Below are positions 19,882 to 29,763 of a DNA stretch of 54,973 nt, piece after piece. Within the stretch, counting starts at the first letter, position 1, and every line of letters starts with the position of its first letter. The translations under genes and the position numbers were made by a program. The notes beneath the pieces are model-generated. The model was given only the letters and a program-made list of their open reading frames with translations, had not been told where the DNA came from and did not search any database. The stretch is from Armatimonadota bacterium (GTDB lineage: Bacteria; Armatimonadota; Armatimonadia; Armatimonadales; Armatimonadaceae): contig JAYUUO010000039.1 of assembly GCA_043754515.1 (NCBI GenBank), forward strand, positions 1 through 54,973, in the 5' to 3' direction.

Positions 19882-22497
19882 ATGTGTACCGCCATGCTCA
19901 ATCGTTTCTCTGCCTCTCTCTTCGCTGTGTTCGCCCTCGCCGCAGTCGCGAACGCTCAGGTGACCATCCGCTCCCAGGGCGTCTTTAAAGACAAGGGAAG
20001 TACGGAGCACCGCTGGTATGTCAACAGTGCCCACACCCTCGTCTGGGATGACAAACCGTTCGTGCCGGTCGGCGGCCTGTTCCAGGCGAAGTCGTGGGCG
20101 GCGACCGCGACCGACGCCGACTACGAGAGCGATGTTGCCGCGCTTAAAGTTCTGCAAGCACATGGCGTCATGGACATCTACGTACAACCGGCGAAGGGCG
20201 GCATCACCGCCGTGAAACCGGTGAATATCCAGCGACTGGTGGACTACCTCGACGCGAACGGGTTTACGTACGGCGTATCCTGCAACGACGGCCCGCGTGA
20301 GGCGTTGATCGGCTACGTGATCCACCCCGGCGCGTTCCGACAGGTCGTACCGCCTGGCGGCGGCGACATCAAGTTCACGGTACCGAACGCGGCGTCCGCG
20401 CTTTATTTGACCGTCAGCACCAGCGGCGGCGACATCCGTGAGATCGGCGACGCCGCGCAGGACGGTGACACGCTCCGCGTCGCGGCGAAAGCGGATGTGG
20501 ACGCGTCGCTCACCGACCCGTCGCGCCAGATCGTGGTGCTACTGGTGCCCGAGCGGATTTATACGCCTGGGCGCGCCGCCGTGGGCGGCGACATCGGGAT
20601 GCGAAACCTGTGGGAGGGCTTCGACGCCTACCGCGACAGCCTGATCACCACATTCGGCGCGGTGCGTTTCGGCAAGGGGTTTCGCTTCCTGTGCGACCCG
20701 TTGCCCGCCGACCTCGCGCTCACCGATACATACGCGCGGTTCCTGCCCACCTCGGACGCGTTCCGCACCGAATGGTCGGCATTTCTCGGTAAAAAGTATC
20801 GGAGCATGTCGAACCTGATCCAGAGTTGGGGCATTCAGGATCCCATCATCGCCTCGTTTGACTCAGCGGCGAAACTGATCCCGCTCTGGAGTGGCGGCAA
20901 GGGCGTCCCCCTCTTCTATCTGCCGCCCTCGAAGGATCGGTTGCGCGTCGAGTCGTCCCGCTCCGCGTTCTGGTCGGACCTGTCCGCGTTCAAGGCCGAG
21001 TCGGCGCGGGGATACATGAACGACCTCGCGGTGACACTTAAGCGCACGGTCGCGGACGTGCCCGTTGTCTACCGGAACGGTGCGGGCGCGGGCTGGAACG
21101 AACTTTTCGCGGGCGTCCCGCCTTCGCGCGGCTTCGATGGCATGGGGATCGTAGCCTACGGACGCGGCTCCGAACTCGCCACGCGTTCGGCGGCATACAC
21201 ACTCGCGCAAGCCGCCGAAGCCCCAAAAACTATCTGGCTCCCGGTGCTGGGCACGGCGGACGCCCCGTATAGGAACGGTAAGAGTACCCCAGGGTATGAC
21301 TCTAAAGTGTCGCTGACATCTGGTTTCGACTGGCTCCGCGAGGCCGGGGCGAAAGGCTTTTACAGTACCGGCGTGAGGATAGCCGACCCCGCCCGTCCCC
21401 TTTTCGATCTGTCCGTGGTGCCGGAACAACTCGACTGGCTACACAATTACGCGGCACTTCTGGATAAAACGGGTATGCGAACCAGCACATCGGGATCCGG
21501 AGCGTCACAGGCACCGGCGGCGGTCTTCTACCCGCGCCACGAGCTTCCCGATCTGTCCCCGACGACGCTGACCTCCGGGGGGGGCTGGTGGCTCCCGACG
21601 AGCCGTGCCGGGCAGAACTACTATTTCGGAGCCACCGGGCGCGCCTACGCGATCGAGGAACCTGGCGCGGGCACCGTCTATTATCTCTGGAACTCGGGCG
21701 CGTCAAAGCGCATCACGATCACCATCCCGAAAACCGCGTTGAGCGACAAGAACGGGAGCCGGATCGCCTGGAGCGCGAACGCAAAAGGCGACATTGACAC
21801 GAAGAAGCAGACGCTCTCGGTGACCATAGGACCCGAGCCGATCCGCATCCTGAACTGTCCCGTGATCCCGGTGCCGCTGGAAGCCTACCCCGAAGCGCGG
21901 AAAGAAGCGGAGGCACTGATCAAAGTCGCGAAAGACGCCAAGTCGCAGGACGCGGGCCGCTACCTTCTCAACCTCCACTCGATCCAATACAAAGGCGATA
22001 ACCCATACCCCGGCTTGAGCGAGACGCTGGCATTTCTGGAGCAACTCCGCGCAAACAACCGCCGCTATCTTTGGATAGACGCGGAGGTGACCGGGACACA
22101 CAGTTTCGACGAGGCGAGCGATAAGCCGGGCGCGAGCGGCGGTCGGGTGCTCCGCGTTGACGCCCGGCTGGATGATTCGCACGCCCTGGCGCGGTACAAC
22201 ATCAACCTGGGCGACGAGGCACCACGCGAGATCTGGGTGGCGATGTCGCCCGACGCGCTGATCTCGCTACGGCTGGACGGACGCCCCCTCGTGAACGAGG
22301 CGACTATCCCGCGACGCGTCGGCAACCTGTACGCGGACGGCTCGCTCTGCTGGATGTGTTTCGGCACGGCAACTATACCACGCGGGACGCATGTACTGGA
22401 GGCTCGCGCTGACGGACCCGCGTTGCTTGACGTGATTCTGTTCGCGCGAGACCCGTTCACGCCGGACGGCCCGAACCAGCCCCCGTCAATCCCCTGA
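19882..22497 (+). CDS. large secreted protein, possibly glycoside-hydrolase-like with a C-terminal beta-sandwich
   Basis: Signal peptide (ANA|Q). LVWDDKPFVPVGG resembles GH N-termini. TATAAT near 19829. Confidence 0.55.
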   Translation: MCTAMLNRFSASLFAVFALAAVANAQVTIRSQGVFKDKGSTEHRWYVNSAHTLVWDDKPFVPVGGLFQAKSWAATATDADYESDVAALKVLQAHGVMDIYVQPAKGGITAVKPVNIQRLVDYLDANGFTYGVSCNDGPREALIGYVIHPGAFRQVVPPGGGDIKFTVPNAASALYLTVSTSGGDIREIGDAAQDGDTLRVAAKADVDASLTDPSRQIVVLLVPERIYTPGRAAVGGDIGMRNLWEGFDAYRDSLITTFGAVRFGKGFRFLCDPLPADLALTDTYARFLPTSDAFRTEWSAFLGKKYRSMSNLIQSWGIQDPIIASFDSAAKLIPLWSGGKGVPLFYLPPSKDRLRVESSRSAFWSDLSAFKAESARGYMNDLAVTLKRTVADVPVVYRNGAGAGWNELFAGVPPSRGFDGMGIVAYGRGSELATRSAAYTLAQAAEAPKTIWLPVLGTADAPYRNGKSTPGYDSKVSLTSGFDWLREAGAKGFYSTGVRIADPARPLFDLSVVPEQLDWLHNYAALLDKTGMRTSTSGSGASQAPAAVFYPRHELPDLSPTTLTSGGGWWLPTSRAGQNYYFGATGRAYAIEEPGAGTVYYLWNSGASKRITITIPKTALSDKNGSRIAWSANAKGDIDTKKQTLSVTIGPEPIRILNCPVIPVPLEAYPEARKEAEALIKVAKDAKSQDAGRYLLNLHSIQYKGDNPYPGLSETLAFLEQLRANNRRYLWIDAEVTGTHSFDEASDKPGASGGRVLRVDARLDDSHALARYNINLGDEAPREIWVAMSPDALISLRLDGRPLVNEATIPRRVGNLYADGSLCWMCFGTATIPRGTHVLEARADGPALLDVILFARDPFTPDGPNQPPSIP

Positions 22498-22511
22498 TCG
22501 GATAAATCAAG

Positions 22512-23468
22512 ATGACATCGTCTATCGCTTGTTTCGGTTTGTTGGTCGCGGACTGCGTCACCGCGACGGTGGATCGGTTGCCCGAGCGCGGCACGCTGGA
22601 GATCGTGGACCGCGTCGAACTACATGTCGGAGGTTGCGCCGCGAACACAGCAATCGCACTCGCGAAACTCGGCATCGGTGTGTCACTGCTCGGCGGCGTC
22701 GGCACGGACGGCCTGGGCGATTTCGTGGTTCGCGCGGTTCGCGCCGCGGGGGTTGACACGAAGGGGGTGAAACACTTCACCGCGGTGCCGACCGCTGCGA
22801 CCACGGTCTGCGTGCATTCCGACGCCGAACGCTCTTTCCTACACACACCCGGCGCAAACGCCGTTCTTCTACAAACGGATGTTGACTGGGAAGCCACGAA
22901 CGGTTGCACTGTTTTTCATATCGCCGGCCCACAACTAATGGGCGCTCTGGAGGCGACGGATGGGATTGCGGCAGTGGCGAAGGAAGCGAAGGCGCGGGGG
23001 ATGCTGGTAACCCTCGATACGGTGATGAACCCGCGCTCTCTGGGCTGGGCGGCTCTGAAAGGGGCTTTGCCCTACGTGGACTGGTTGCTACCAAGCGAGG
23101 GGGAAGCGGCGCGGCTAACCGGCGAGAATGACATCGCGCGGCAGGTGACATTTTTTCGGGACGCGGGGGCTAAGCATGTCGCCATAAAGCGTGGGAGCGA
23201 GGGTAGCGTCGTCTTCCTGGCCGGGTCGGATCCTCTTCTTGTCGCGCCGTTTCCCGTCAGCGCGGTGGATGCCCTCGGTGCCGGGGACGCATGGGTAGCC
23301 GGGTTTCTGTTCGGGCTGTTACGCGGCTGGGAGACGGAGGCCACGGCCCGATTCGCTAGCGCGGTCGGGGCGTGCGCAGTCCGCTCCTACGGGGCCACGA
23401 CCGGTATCTGCTCGGAGGCGGAAACCCTGCGATTTATAGAGTCGCACGCGCCGCGCCCCGTGATATAA
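22512..23468 (+). CDS. PfkB family carbohydrate kinase
   Basis: GGCAANTA and VDALGAGDAW motifs. Confidence 0.9.
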   Translation: MTSSIACFGLLVADCVTATVDRLPERGTLEIVDRVELHVGGCAANTAIALAKLGIGVSLLGGVGTDGLGDFVVRAVRAAGVDTKGVKHFTAVPTAATTVCVHSDAERSFLHTPGANAVLLQTDVDWEATNGCTVFHIAGPQLMGALEATDGIAAVAKEAKARGMLVTLDTVMNPRSLGWAALKGALPYVDWLLPSEGEAARLTGENDIARQVTFFRDAGAKHVAIKRGSEGSVVFLAGSDPLLVAPFPVSAVDALGAGDAWVAGFLFGLLRGWETEATARFASAVGACAVRSYGATTGICSEAETLRFIESHAPRPVI

Positions 23469-23477
23469 TTCTTGCCA

Positions 23478-24500
23478 ATGTTTGCCCCGCCGCAGTCAGC
23501 CCGAACAGGCTCTGAACCACTCCTCGCGCTCAACGATGTTTCGATAGCGTTCCCTGGCACGAACGGCGTCTTGAACAGGGTGACGCGAGGCGTATCGCTT
23601 TCGGTCCACCGGGGCGAGGTTGTCGGAGTCGTCGGCGAATCGGGCTCCGGCAAATCAATGACGGCCCTGTCCGTACTCGGTCTGATTCCCGAGCCGGGGC
23701 GCGTTGTGGAAGGCACCATCACGCTGGGCGGTCAGGATGTTTTGTCCCTAAGTGAGAAACAGAAGCAGGCGATTCGCGGGGGCGTGGCGGCGATGATCTT
23801 CCAAGATCCGATGACGAGCCTGAACCCGGTGTTCACCGTCGGGGAGCAGATCGCGGAGGCCATACGCCTCCACCGGGATGTGAAAGGGAGGCCGGGAGTG
23901 CGCGAAGAGGCCATCGAGGCACTGCGTCGGGTGCAGATCCCCTCTCCCGAACGCCGTGCCGCGCAGTATCCGTATGAACTCTCCGGCGGGATGCGCCAGC
24001 GCGTGATGATCGCGATGGCACTTGCCTGTCGCCCCGCCCTCCTGCTCGCTGACGAGCCGACTACCGCGCTCGACGTCACGGTGCAGGCGCAGATACTTGC
24101 CCTCATCAACCAGTTGCGGGCGGAGTCGGGGATGGCGGTGCTCCTGATTACACATGACCTCGGCGTCGTCGCGGAGACCTGCGACCGCGTAGTTGTTTTG
24201 TATGCCGGCCAGGTTATGGAGTCTGCCGACGTATACACGCTTTTTGCCAGGCCGTCTCACCCGTATACCAGAGGGTTGCTGGCGTCACTTCCGGAAGCCA
24301 TTCCCGAAGGCGCGACTCGACTCCCTTTTATTAAAGGCCAGCCGCCTACCGACGCCTCCGCCATCACCGGCTGTCCCTTCCGCGCCCGTTGCCCGGAGGC
24401 GGTTCCGGGGCTGTGCGAAAACCCGCTACCGAAGGTGAATCTGGGTCCCGATCATCTGGTGCGGTGTCACCTGCGGGTCATTCCGGAGTTAGCCCGATGA
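23478..24500 (+). CDS. oligopeptide ABC transporter ATPase (OppD/DppD-like)
   Basis: GESGSGKS, LSGGMRQR, ADEPTTALD, HPYT, C-terminal Cys cluster. Confidence 0.92.
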   Translation: MFAPPQSARTGSEPLLALNDVSIAFPGTNGVLNRVTRGVSLSVHRGEVVGVVGESGSGKSMTALSVLGLIPEPGRVVEGTITLGGQDVLSLSEKQKQAIRGGVAAMIFQDPMTSLNPVFTVGEQIAEAIRLHRDVKGRPGVREEAIEALRRVQIPSPERRAAQYPYELSGGMRQRVMIAMALACRPALLLADEPTTALDVTVQAQILALINQLRAESGMAVLLITHDLGVVAETCDRVVVLYAGQVMESADVYTLFARPSHPYTRGLLASLPEAIPEGATRLPFIKGQPPTDASAITGCPFRARCPEAVPGLCENPLPKVNLGPDHLVRCHLRVIPELAR

Positions 24501-25495
24501 GTCTGCTTTCGGTCGAGAACCTGCACGTCCACTTCCCACTCGGCGGCGGGCAAACCGTCCGCGCCGTGGACGGCGTATCATTCGAGATCAGCGCGGGCGA
24601 GACGCTCGGTCTAGTCGGCGAATCGGGTTGCGGGAAATCTACCACCGCGCGCGCCGTGTTGCGACTGCTTCCGCCCACGTCCGGCCGCGTCACCTTCGAG
24701 GGCAGGAATCTGACCGTGCTGTCCGAGGCGGAACTACGTTCGGCACGAAAGCGGATGCAAATGGTTTTCCAGGACCCGTTCGCGTCGCTCTCACCACGGC
24801 TGTCTATCGGACAGATCGTCGGGGAGCCACTGGAAATACACGACATTTACAAGACGCCGAGAGAGCGTCAGGAGCGTGTCGCACAGCTACTTTCGGGAGT
24901 TGGTCTGAATCCGCAAGTGGCAACCCGATTCCCGCACGAGTTCTCGGGTGGTCAGCGGCAACGCATCGGGATCGCCCGCGCGCTGGCACTCGACCCGGCT
25001 TTCATCGTGCTGGACGAGCCGGTGTCCGCGCTAGACATTTCCGTGCGGGCGCAAGTCGTGAACTTGCTGATGGACCTGCAACAGGAAAGGGGTATCAGCT
25101 ATCTTTTCGTCGGGCACGACCTTTCGCTGATCCGCCATGCCGCCCGCCGCGTCGCCGTCATGTACTTAGGTCGAATAGTGGAAATAGCCAGCGCGGAGGA
25201 ACTGTACCACAACCCACGTCACCCGTACACGCGGTCTTTGTTCGACGCGGCACCGCGCCCGAACCCCGCCCGCCGCCGTGAGCACGCCCCTCTGGAAGGC
25301 GACCCGCCCTCCCCCGTCAATATGCCGAGCGGTTGCCGCTTCCGGACGCGATGTTCTTTCGCCCAGGCTGTCTGTGCCGAGCGGGATCCTCCGTACATAG
25401 ATATAAACCAGAAACCGGCGGGGGATAACGGCTACTTGCCGCACCGCTCTGCCTGCCACTTCGCGCTTGAACTGCCTATCTGGACGCTGGACTAG
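24497..25495 (+). CDS. oligopeptide ABC transporter ATPase (OppF/DppF-like)
   Basis: GESGCGKS, FSGGQRQR, DEPVSALD. ATGA overlap with the upstream gene. Confidence 0.92.
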   Translation: MSLLSVENLHVHFPLGGGQTVRAVDGVSFEISAGETLGLVGESGCGKSTTARAVLRLLPPTSGRVTFEGRNLTVLSEAELRSARKRMQMVFQDPFASLSPRLSIGQIVGEPLEIHDIYKTPRERQERVAQLLSGVGLNPQVATRFPHEFSGGQRQRIGIARALALDPAFIVLDEPVSALDISVRAQVVNLLMDLQQERGISYLFVGHDLSLIRHAARRVAVMYLGRIVEIASAEELYHNPRHPYTRSLFDAAPRPNPARRREHAPLEGDPPSPVNMPSGCRFRTRCSFAQAVCAERDPPYIDINQKPAGDNGYLPHRSACHFALELPIWTLD

Positions 25496-25496
25496 A

Positions 25497-25925
25497 TCAC
25501 CGCGAAGCCATCACCGGCTGGAGATGCGCCGCCTCGCAAGGATTCTCGACCGGCACTAGCAACCGTTGCCCTGGGTGAAGATTTGCACTAGGGGCTAAAC
25601 CGTTTGCCCGCGCCAAAACATCCAGGCGGTCCAACTGCGACATGCGCGGATCCCCATACCGCTTGGCCAGACTCCACATCGTCTCGCCCTGCCCTACCGT
25701 CATAGGAACCGCGGGACTGAGCACCGTACCCCCGCTATGTGTGGTCGCTTCGCGGATACCCGCCAGGGCAAAGCTACCCATCGCGAACACAGCAGCGGCA
25801 AACACCACCCCCTGCCCCAGCGCAATAATCTGGAGGCGGCGTCGGGGCGATACCGTAATCGCCGGTGCCGTCGCCACATCATCTGCCTGGAAGGCCCTGT
25901 CGCCATTACTCATTACAATAGCCAT
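25497..25925 (-). CDS. single-TM LysM protein (YneA-like)
   Basis: TM helix followed by LysM (TVGQGETMWSLAKRY...NGL...LHPGQRLLVP). GGAGG RBS. Divergent from lexA. Confidence 0.8.
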   Translation of the reverse strand: MAIVMSNGDRAFQADDVATAPAITVSPRRRLQIIALGQGVVFAAAVFAMGSFALAGIREATTHSGGTVLSPAVPMTVGQGETMWSLAKRYGDPRMSQLDRLDVLARANGLAPSANLHPGQRLLVPVENPCEAAHLQPVMASR

Positions 25926-26015
25926 TTCTCATCCTCCCTGGGTTGCCTTGAGGCAACAAACAACAGTCTAACTGTACACTGTTTCGCCGCCGGTTAAACC
26001 GGAACGCGGTTTTTA

Positions 26016-26104
26016 GCAAACAGTAAGTTCGCCAAGAGCATTGTATCCGTTCGCCAATTGTTTGTCAACTCTTTGTTTGCCAAAGTGGCAACTTTTTGTT
26101 TGCC
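26016..26104. promoter_or_regulatory. three candidate LexA operators AAC-N5-GTTYGCC
   Basis: GCAAAC-agtaa-GTTCGCC (26016-26033), GTCAAC-tcttt-GTTTGCC (26064-26081), GGCAAC-ttttt-GTTTGCC (26087-26104). Confidence 0.5.
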
Positions 26105-26189
26105 TTTTTTATCATGTGAGGGTATATTGAAAACAACTTTTCACCCCAATGCTTGTCGGGGTCAATCCGCAGCTGAAGTGAGGCAACAC

Positions 26190-26873
26190 ATGGCAATGAC
26201 AGGAACGGGCAACATAGGCCGGGCGAATACCCCGGCGAAGCGCGGTAACACGGGCGATAATATATCCGCCAAACAACAAGAGATTCTGGAAGTGATACGC
26301 AAGGCACTGCTCCGGGACGGGCAAGCCCCCACGGTACGCGAGATCGGTAAAGTCACCGGGCTACGCTCCTCCTGCTCGGTACAGAAGCATCTGAATCAAC
26401 TGGAGCACAAGGGGTTTATCAAGCGCGACCCTTACAAGTATCGTTCGGTAGAGATTCTACAGGACGGTGCCCCGATGGCGCGCCGCCGCACGGTGACAGT
26501 CCCGCTCGTCGGGAAGGTGTCCGCAGGTATGGGAATGACGGCGATCGAGCATGTCGAGGATAATATCCCCCTCCCCGATACGATGATCCCCCGCGACTGC
26601 GAGTGCTTCGCCCTGCGCGTTAAGGGCGACTCGATGATCAATGCTGGGATTTTCGACGGTGATATCGTCGTCGTGCGCAAGCAGGCGACGGCGGTAAACG
26701 GCGAAATCGTGGTCGCGCTACTCGGCGGCGAGGACGCGACGGTGAAAACGTTCTACACAGCGGGCGAGAATGGCATCCGTCTCCAACCGGAGAATCCTCA
26801 CCTGCGTCCGATCATCACCAAGGACGCCCAAATAATGGGCAAGGTCGTGCTGACAATGCGTCAGTATAGCTAG
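26190..26873 (+). CDS. lexA: SOS repressor LexA
   Basis: PTVREIG winged HTH, Ala-Gly cleavage site (VSAG), GDSM catalytic Ser, ATVK catalytic Lys. Confidence 0.95.
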   Translation: MAMTGTGNIGRANTPAKRGNTGDNISAKQQEILEVIRKALLRDGQAPTVREIGKVTGLRSSCSVQKHLNQLEHKGFIKRDPYKYRSVEILQDGAPMARRRTVTVPLVGKVSAGMGMTAIEHVEDNIPLPDTMIPRDCECFALRVKGDSMINAGIFDGDIVVVRKQATAVNGEIVVALLGGEDATVKTFYTAGENGIRLQPENPHLRPIITKDAQIMGKVVLTMRQYS

Positions 26874-26881
26874 CGCGTCGC

Positions 26882-28093
26882 CTAGAAATAGTCCATTGTG
26901 AACACCGGGGAGGCGGGCAGGATGCGCGACAGCGTCTCGTAGCCTGCCTCACGGTTCACACGGACGCGGCCCGCGATCCGGAGCGCGCCCAGAGAGGGGA
27001 ACCCCCAGAACCCTTGTGAGAACGCCGCGATGTCCAGTGTCACGTCCGGCTCGCCGAGTTCCAGCGTCGGCGAACAACTCAATCTGTCCCCGTCCCCCGC
27101 TACCTCGAACGTCCCGTTGTTCCACGGCGCGGCTTCATCACTCACCTGTAGCGTGACGGTCGCACCATCCACTAGTTCCTGCGGTCGGACGAGACTGCCC
27201 ATCGCGGCGGCGACATCCACTACCCTCGCTTGAAACGTAGGCTCGACCCGCGTCTTCACGTCCCAGTGGTACAGGTATGACCAGAGCGGCGTGTCGGATG
27301 GTGCCGTTATTGTCGCCGCGCGGCACTGTGTCCCCAAGTTGTGTAGCAAACCGACCAAGGCACCATACCCGTCCGGCGTGGTCGCCACGAACTCACGTAT
27401 CTCGCCGTTCTCCGACCCGTCCTCTTCATACCGCCAGAGTAGGTACGCGGTAGGCGTGTCGCCTCCGCCCGGAAAATAGGCGTAAGCGAACGTCGTCCGC
27501 TCGTCGTCATGTGCTAACTTCTTGTCCCACTGATGAGATTCCGACGTGAACACGCCACGGCGCGCCTCCCCGAACCGTTCGTAAATCGGCGCGAGTAGAG
27601 CGCGAGCGGATTCCGTCGGCACCTCGCGCACGAACCGCGCCTCCGGCGTAGACTTGATCTCGCGCAATGGAAGTGTGATCGTCCGCTTCTCGCCCACCCA
27701 CTCCCAGCCGAACTTCCGGTAAAACCCCCACGAGAAAGGATACAACGCGCTCACGACCTGGCCTGCCACTCGCATTCGAACCAGCGAGTCGCGTAGTAGC
27801 CGGTCAACATACCCGCGCCCCCGCGTCTCCACGCTGGTCGCGACCCCCGCGACGCCGCCCATCGGGAGCAATCCCCCCCTCGCGCTCGCCCAATGCACGG
27901 CGAAAGGGCGAACCGTCACCACCGCGCGTAACTCGCCGCCCGCCCAGGCCCCCGCCGTCTCCGAGCCGAAGTCTTCTTCCCAGACCGAATCCTCCTCCGT
28001 GGCGACGCGCCCGCGCCCGAATGCTTGTGCCATCAGCCGCATGTAAGCGGGCTTATCGGCGGGTGTTAATATGCGTATCGTTTCGTTTTGCAT
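26882..28093 (-). CDS. Eis-like GNAT acetyltransferase
   Basis: GVAGVAT..RGRG, SALYPFSWGFYRKFGW, C-terminal SCP2-like region with PWNNG, terminal DYF. Confidence 0.88.
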   Translation of the reverse strand: MQNETIRILTPADKPAYMRLMAQAFGRGRVATEEDSVWEEDFGSETAGAWAGGELRAVVTVRPFAVHWASARGGLLPMGGVAGVATSVETRGRGYVDRLLRDSLVRMRVAGQVVSALYPFSWGFYRKFGWEWVGEKRTITLPLREIKSTPEARFVREVPTESARALLAPIYERFGEARRGVFTSESHQWDKKLAHDDERTTFAYAYFPGGGDTPTAYLLWRYEEDGSENGEIREFVATTPDGYGALVGLLHNLGTQCRAATITAPSDTPLWSYLYHWDVKTRVEPTFQARVVDVAAAMGSLVRPQELVDGATVTLQVSDEAAPWNNGTFEVAGDGDRLSCSPTLELGEPDVTLDIAAFSQGFWGFPSLGALRIAGRVRVNREAGYETLSRILPASPVFTMDYF

Positions 28094-28097
28094 GGGA

Positions 28098-29003
28098 TCA
28101 CTTATCCTTACCGGCATCGCCGTACATCACCTCGTTACCGTCGCTCGTGAAGGACAGACTCTGTCCCCCCTTCTCGTCGGTGCGGAACACCCGCGCCCCG
28201 GTCGCCTGGAGCCGGGTCAGAGTTGCGCTACCCGGCAGACCGTCGCGGTTAGGCCCGACGCTGATCACGGCGAACGACGGGTTGACCGACCGAAGGAACT
28301 CGGATGAGGATGCCTCATCACTGCCGGAGCGGGCGACGAGTAGCCAGTCCGCCCGCAGGTCGGGCGCACGGGAAAGGAGGGCGCGTTCGCCACGACTGCC
28401 TGTGCCCCCCGCGAAGAGGAATCGGGTCTTGCCATAGCGGACCGCGATCACGAGCGAGTTATCCGTTGCCCTCCAGCCGGGGGTAATCTGCTCCGGTGCC
28501 AGGATCTCAACAACGACGTGATCGCCGGGAAAAATGAATGTCTTACCAGCGCGCACCGTTTGCCAATCCGTCTGAAACTGGTGAGCGAGACGGGCCGCGT
28601 CGGTGATGTGCGCGTTGACCCGCTCCCCGCCGGGTTCCAGTATGGTCTTGACCTGGAACTCCTCGAACAGTTCCGGCACCCCGCCGATGGCTTCCGCGTA
28701 CGGGTATGGCAGTATTAGCAGATCAATGTGCTTGACCCCAGCGTTCTGTAGAGCCTGAACCACATCGCTGCCCGCTTCGGTCGGCCCGGCACCTATAAGT
28801 ACCGTGCCGCCACCTGGGGTGCGTATAAGGGTCGCTCCCCCCTGCCCCACATTGATCACGGTAACCCGTAACGGTGTCTGAGCGGGCTGGGACGCGGCGG
28901 CGGGGCGACGCAACACGTACCCGAGCCATAGCGCGACCGACGCGGATGCTAACAGAGCACCCAGAAACAGCCAGGTTTGGAGGCGGGGGAGGCGCGTGAA
29001 CAT
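28098..29003 (-). CDS. ComEC/Rec2-like metallo-beta-lactamase-fold membrane protein with degenerate metal site
   Basis: N-terminal TM, NVGQG, DNSLV, AVISVG.N and RTD scaffold motifs. HxHxDH is replaced by PYPYAEA. Confidence 0.8.
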   Translation of the reverse strand: MFTRLPRLQTWLFLGALLASASVALWLGYVLRRPAAASQPAQTPLRVTVINVGQGGATLIRTPGGGTVLIGAGPTEAGSDVVQALQNAGVKHIDLLILPYPYAEAIGGVPELFEEFQVKTILEPGGERVNAHITDAARLAHQFQTDWQTVRAGKTFIFPGDHVVVEILAPEQITPGWRATDNSLVIAVRYGKTRFLFAGGTGSRGERALLSRAPDLRADWLLVARSGSDEASSSEFLRSVNPSFAVISVGPNRDGLPGSATLTRLQATGARVFRTDEKGGQSLSFTSDGNEVMYGDAGKDK

Positions 29004-29010
29004 CGCCGCG

Positions 29011-29763
29011 CTATGCTCCCTGTCGGGGGATCGTGTAGCGGGCAAAACCGTCCGCGGGGAGCAATACGGGTTCCGCCTCAGAATCCGATGCGTGTAGCTG
29101 TCGCGCGAACTCGTCGGGATCCGCCGTGTTCTCGGCGAACAGCCCCCAGTGCATCGGGAGCACGAGCCGTGGCGCGATCTCCCGCGTGGCGCATACGGCG
29201 TCCACAATGTTCATATTTCCCCAGCGGCCGTTGATGCATATCGAGAGCAAGTCGGGCGCGAAACGCTTGGCACCGCCGATGGCGTCGAAGTACTCCGTGT
29301 CCGCCGTGTGGTAGATCGTCGGCCCGTCCTCGAACTCGAACACAAGCCCCACCGAGTCTGGAGTATGTTCCGCGTGCGTAGTGTGCATCGTCACGCCGGG
29401 AAGCGCGTAAGTAGCGTCCCGCCCGATGGGGTGAACTTTGTCGCCGGTGATGCCCAGACGCGCGAGGTGTGCCACCGACTCCGGCGGGGCGTAGATGGGC
29501 GCGTCGGGATTCGCGGCGACCAGCGGGATCAGCGAGTCGGGATCGGTGTGGTCAATGTGATCATGCGTGAGGATGATCGCTGACACCCGCAGATCGGCGG
29601 GCGCGACTGGCACCGGGAACAGTCGCCCCGGCCCTCCGCTGTCGCCCACCGAATTAGACAGGTAGGGGTCAACAACGAGCGGGCCGCTCAGGGGCCCCTC
29701 GAAGACGAAGCCGCCCTGTCCCAGCCACCAGAGACTTGCCGTTCCGGAAGTGACATCGTTCAT
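29011..29763 (-). CDS. MBL-fold metallo-hydrolase (UlaG-like)
   Basis: WWLGQGGF, DPYLS, THDHIDH, PMHW. Confidence 0.85.
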   Translation of the reverse strand: MNDVTSGTASLWWLGQGGFVFEGPLSGPLVVDPYLSNSVGDSGGPGRLFPVPVAPADLRVSAIILTHDHIDHTDPDSLIPLVAANPDAPIYAPPESVAHLARLGITGDKVHPIGRDATYALPGVTMHTTHAEHTPDSVGLVFEFEDGPTIYHTADTEYFDAIGGAKRFAPDLLSICINGRWGNMNIVDAVCATREIAPRLVLPMHWGLFAENTADPDEFARQLHASDSEAEPVLLPADGFARYTIPRQGA

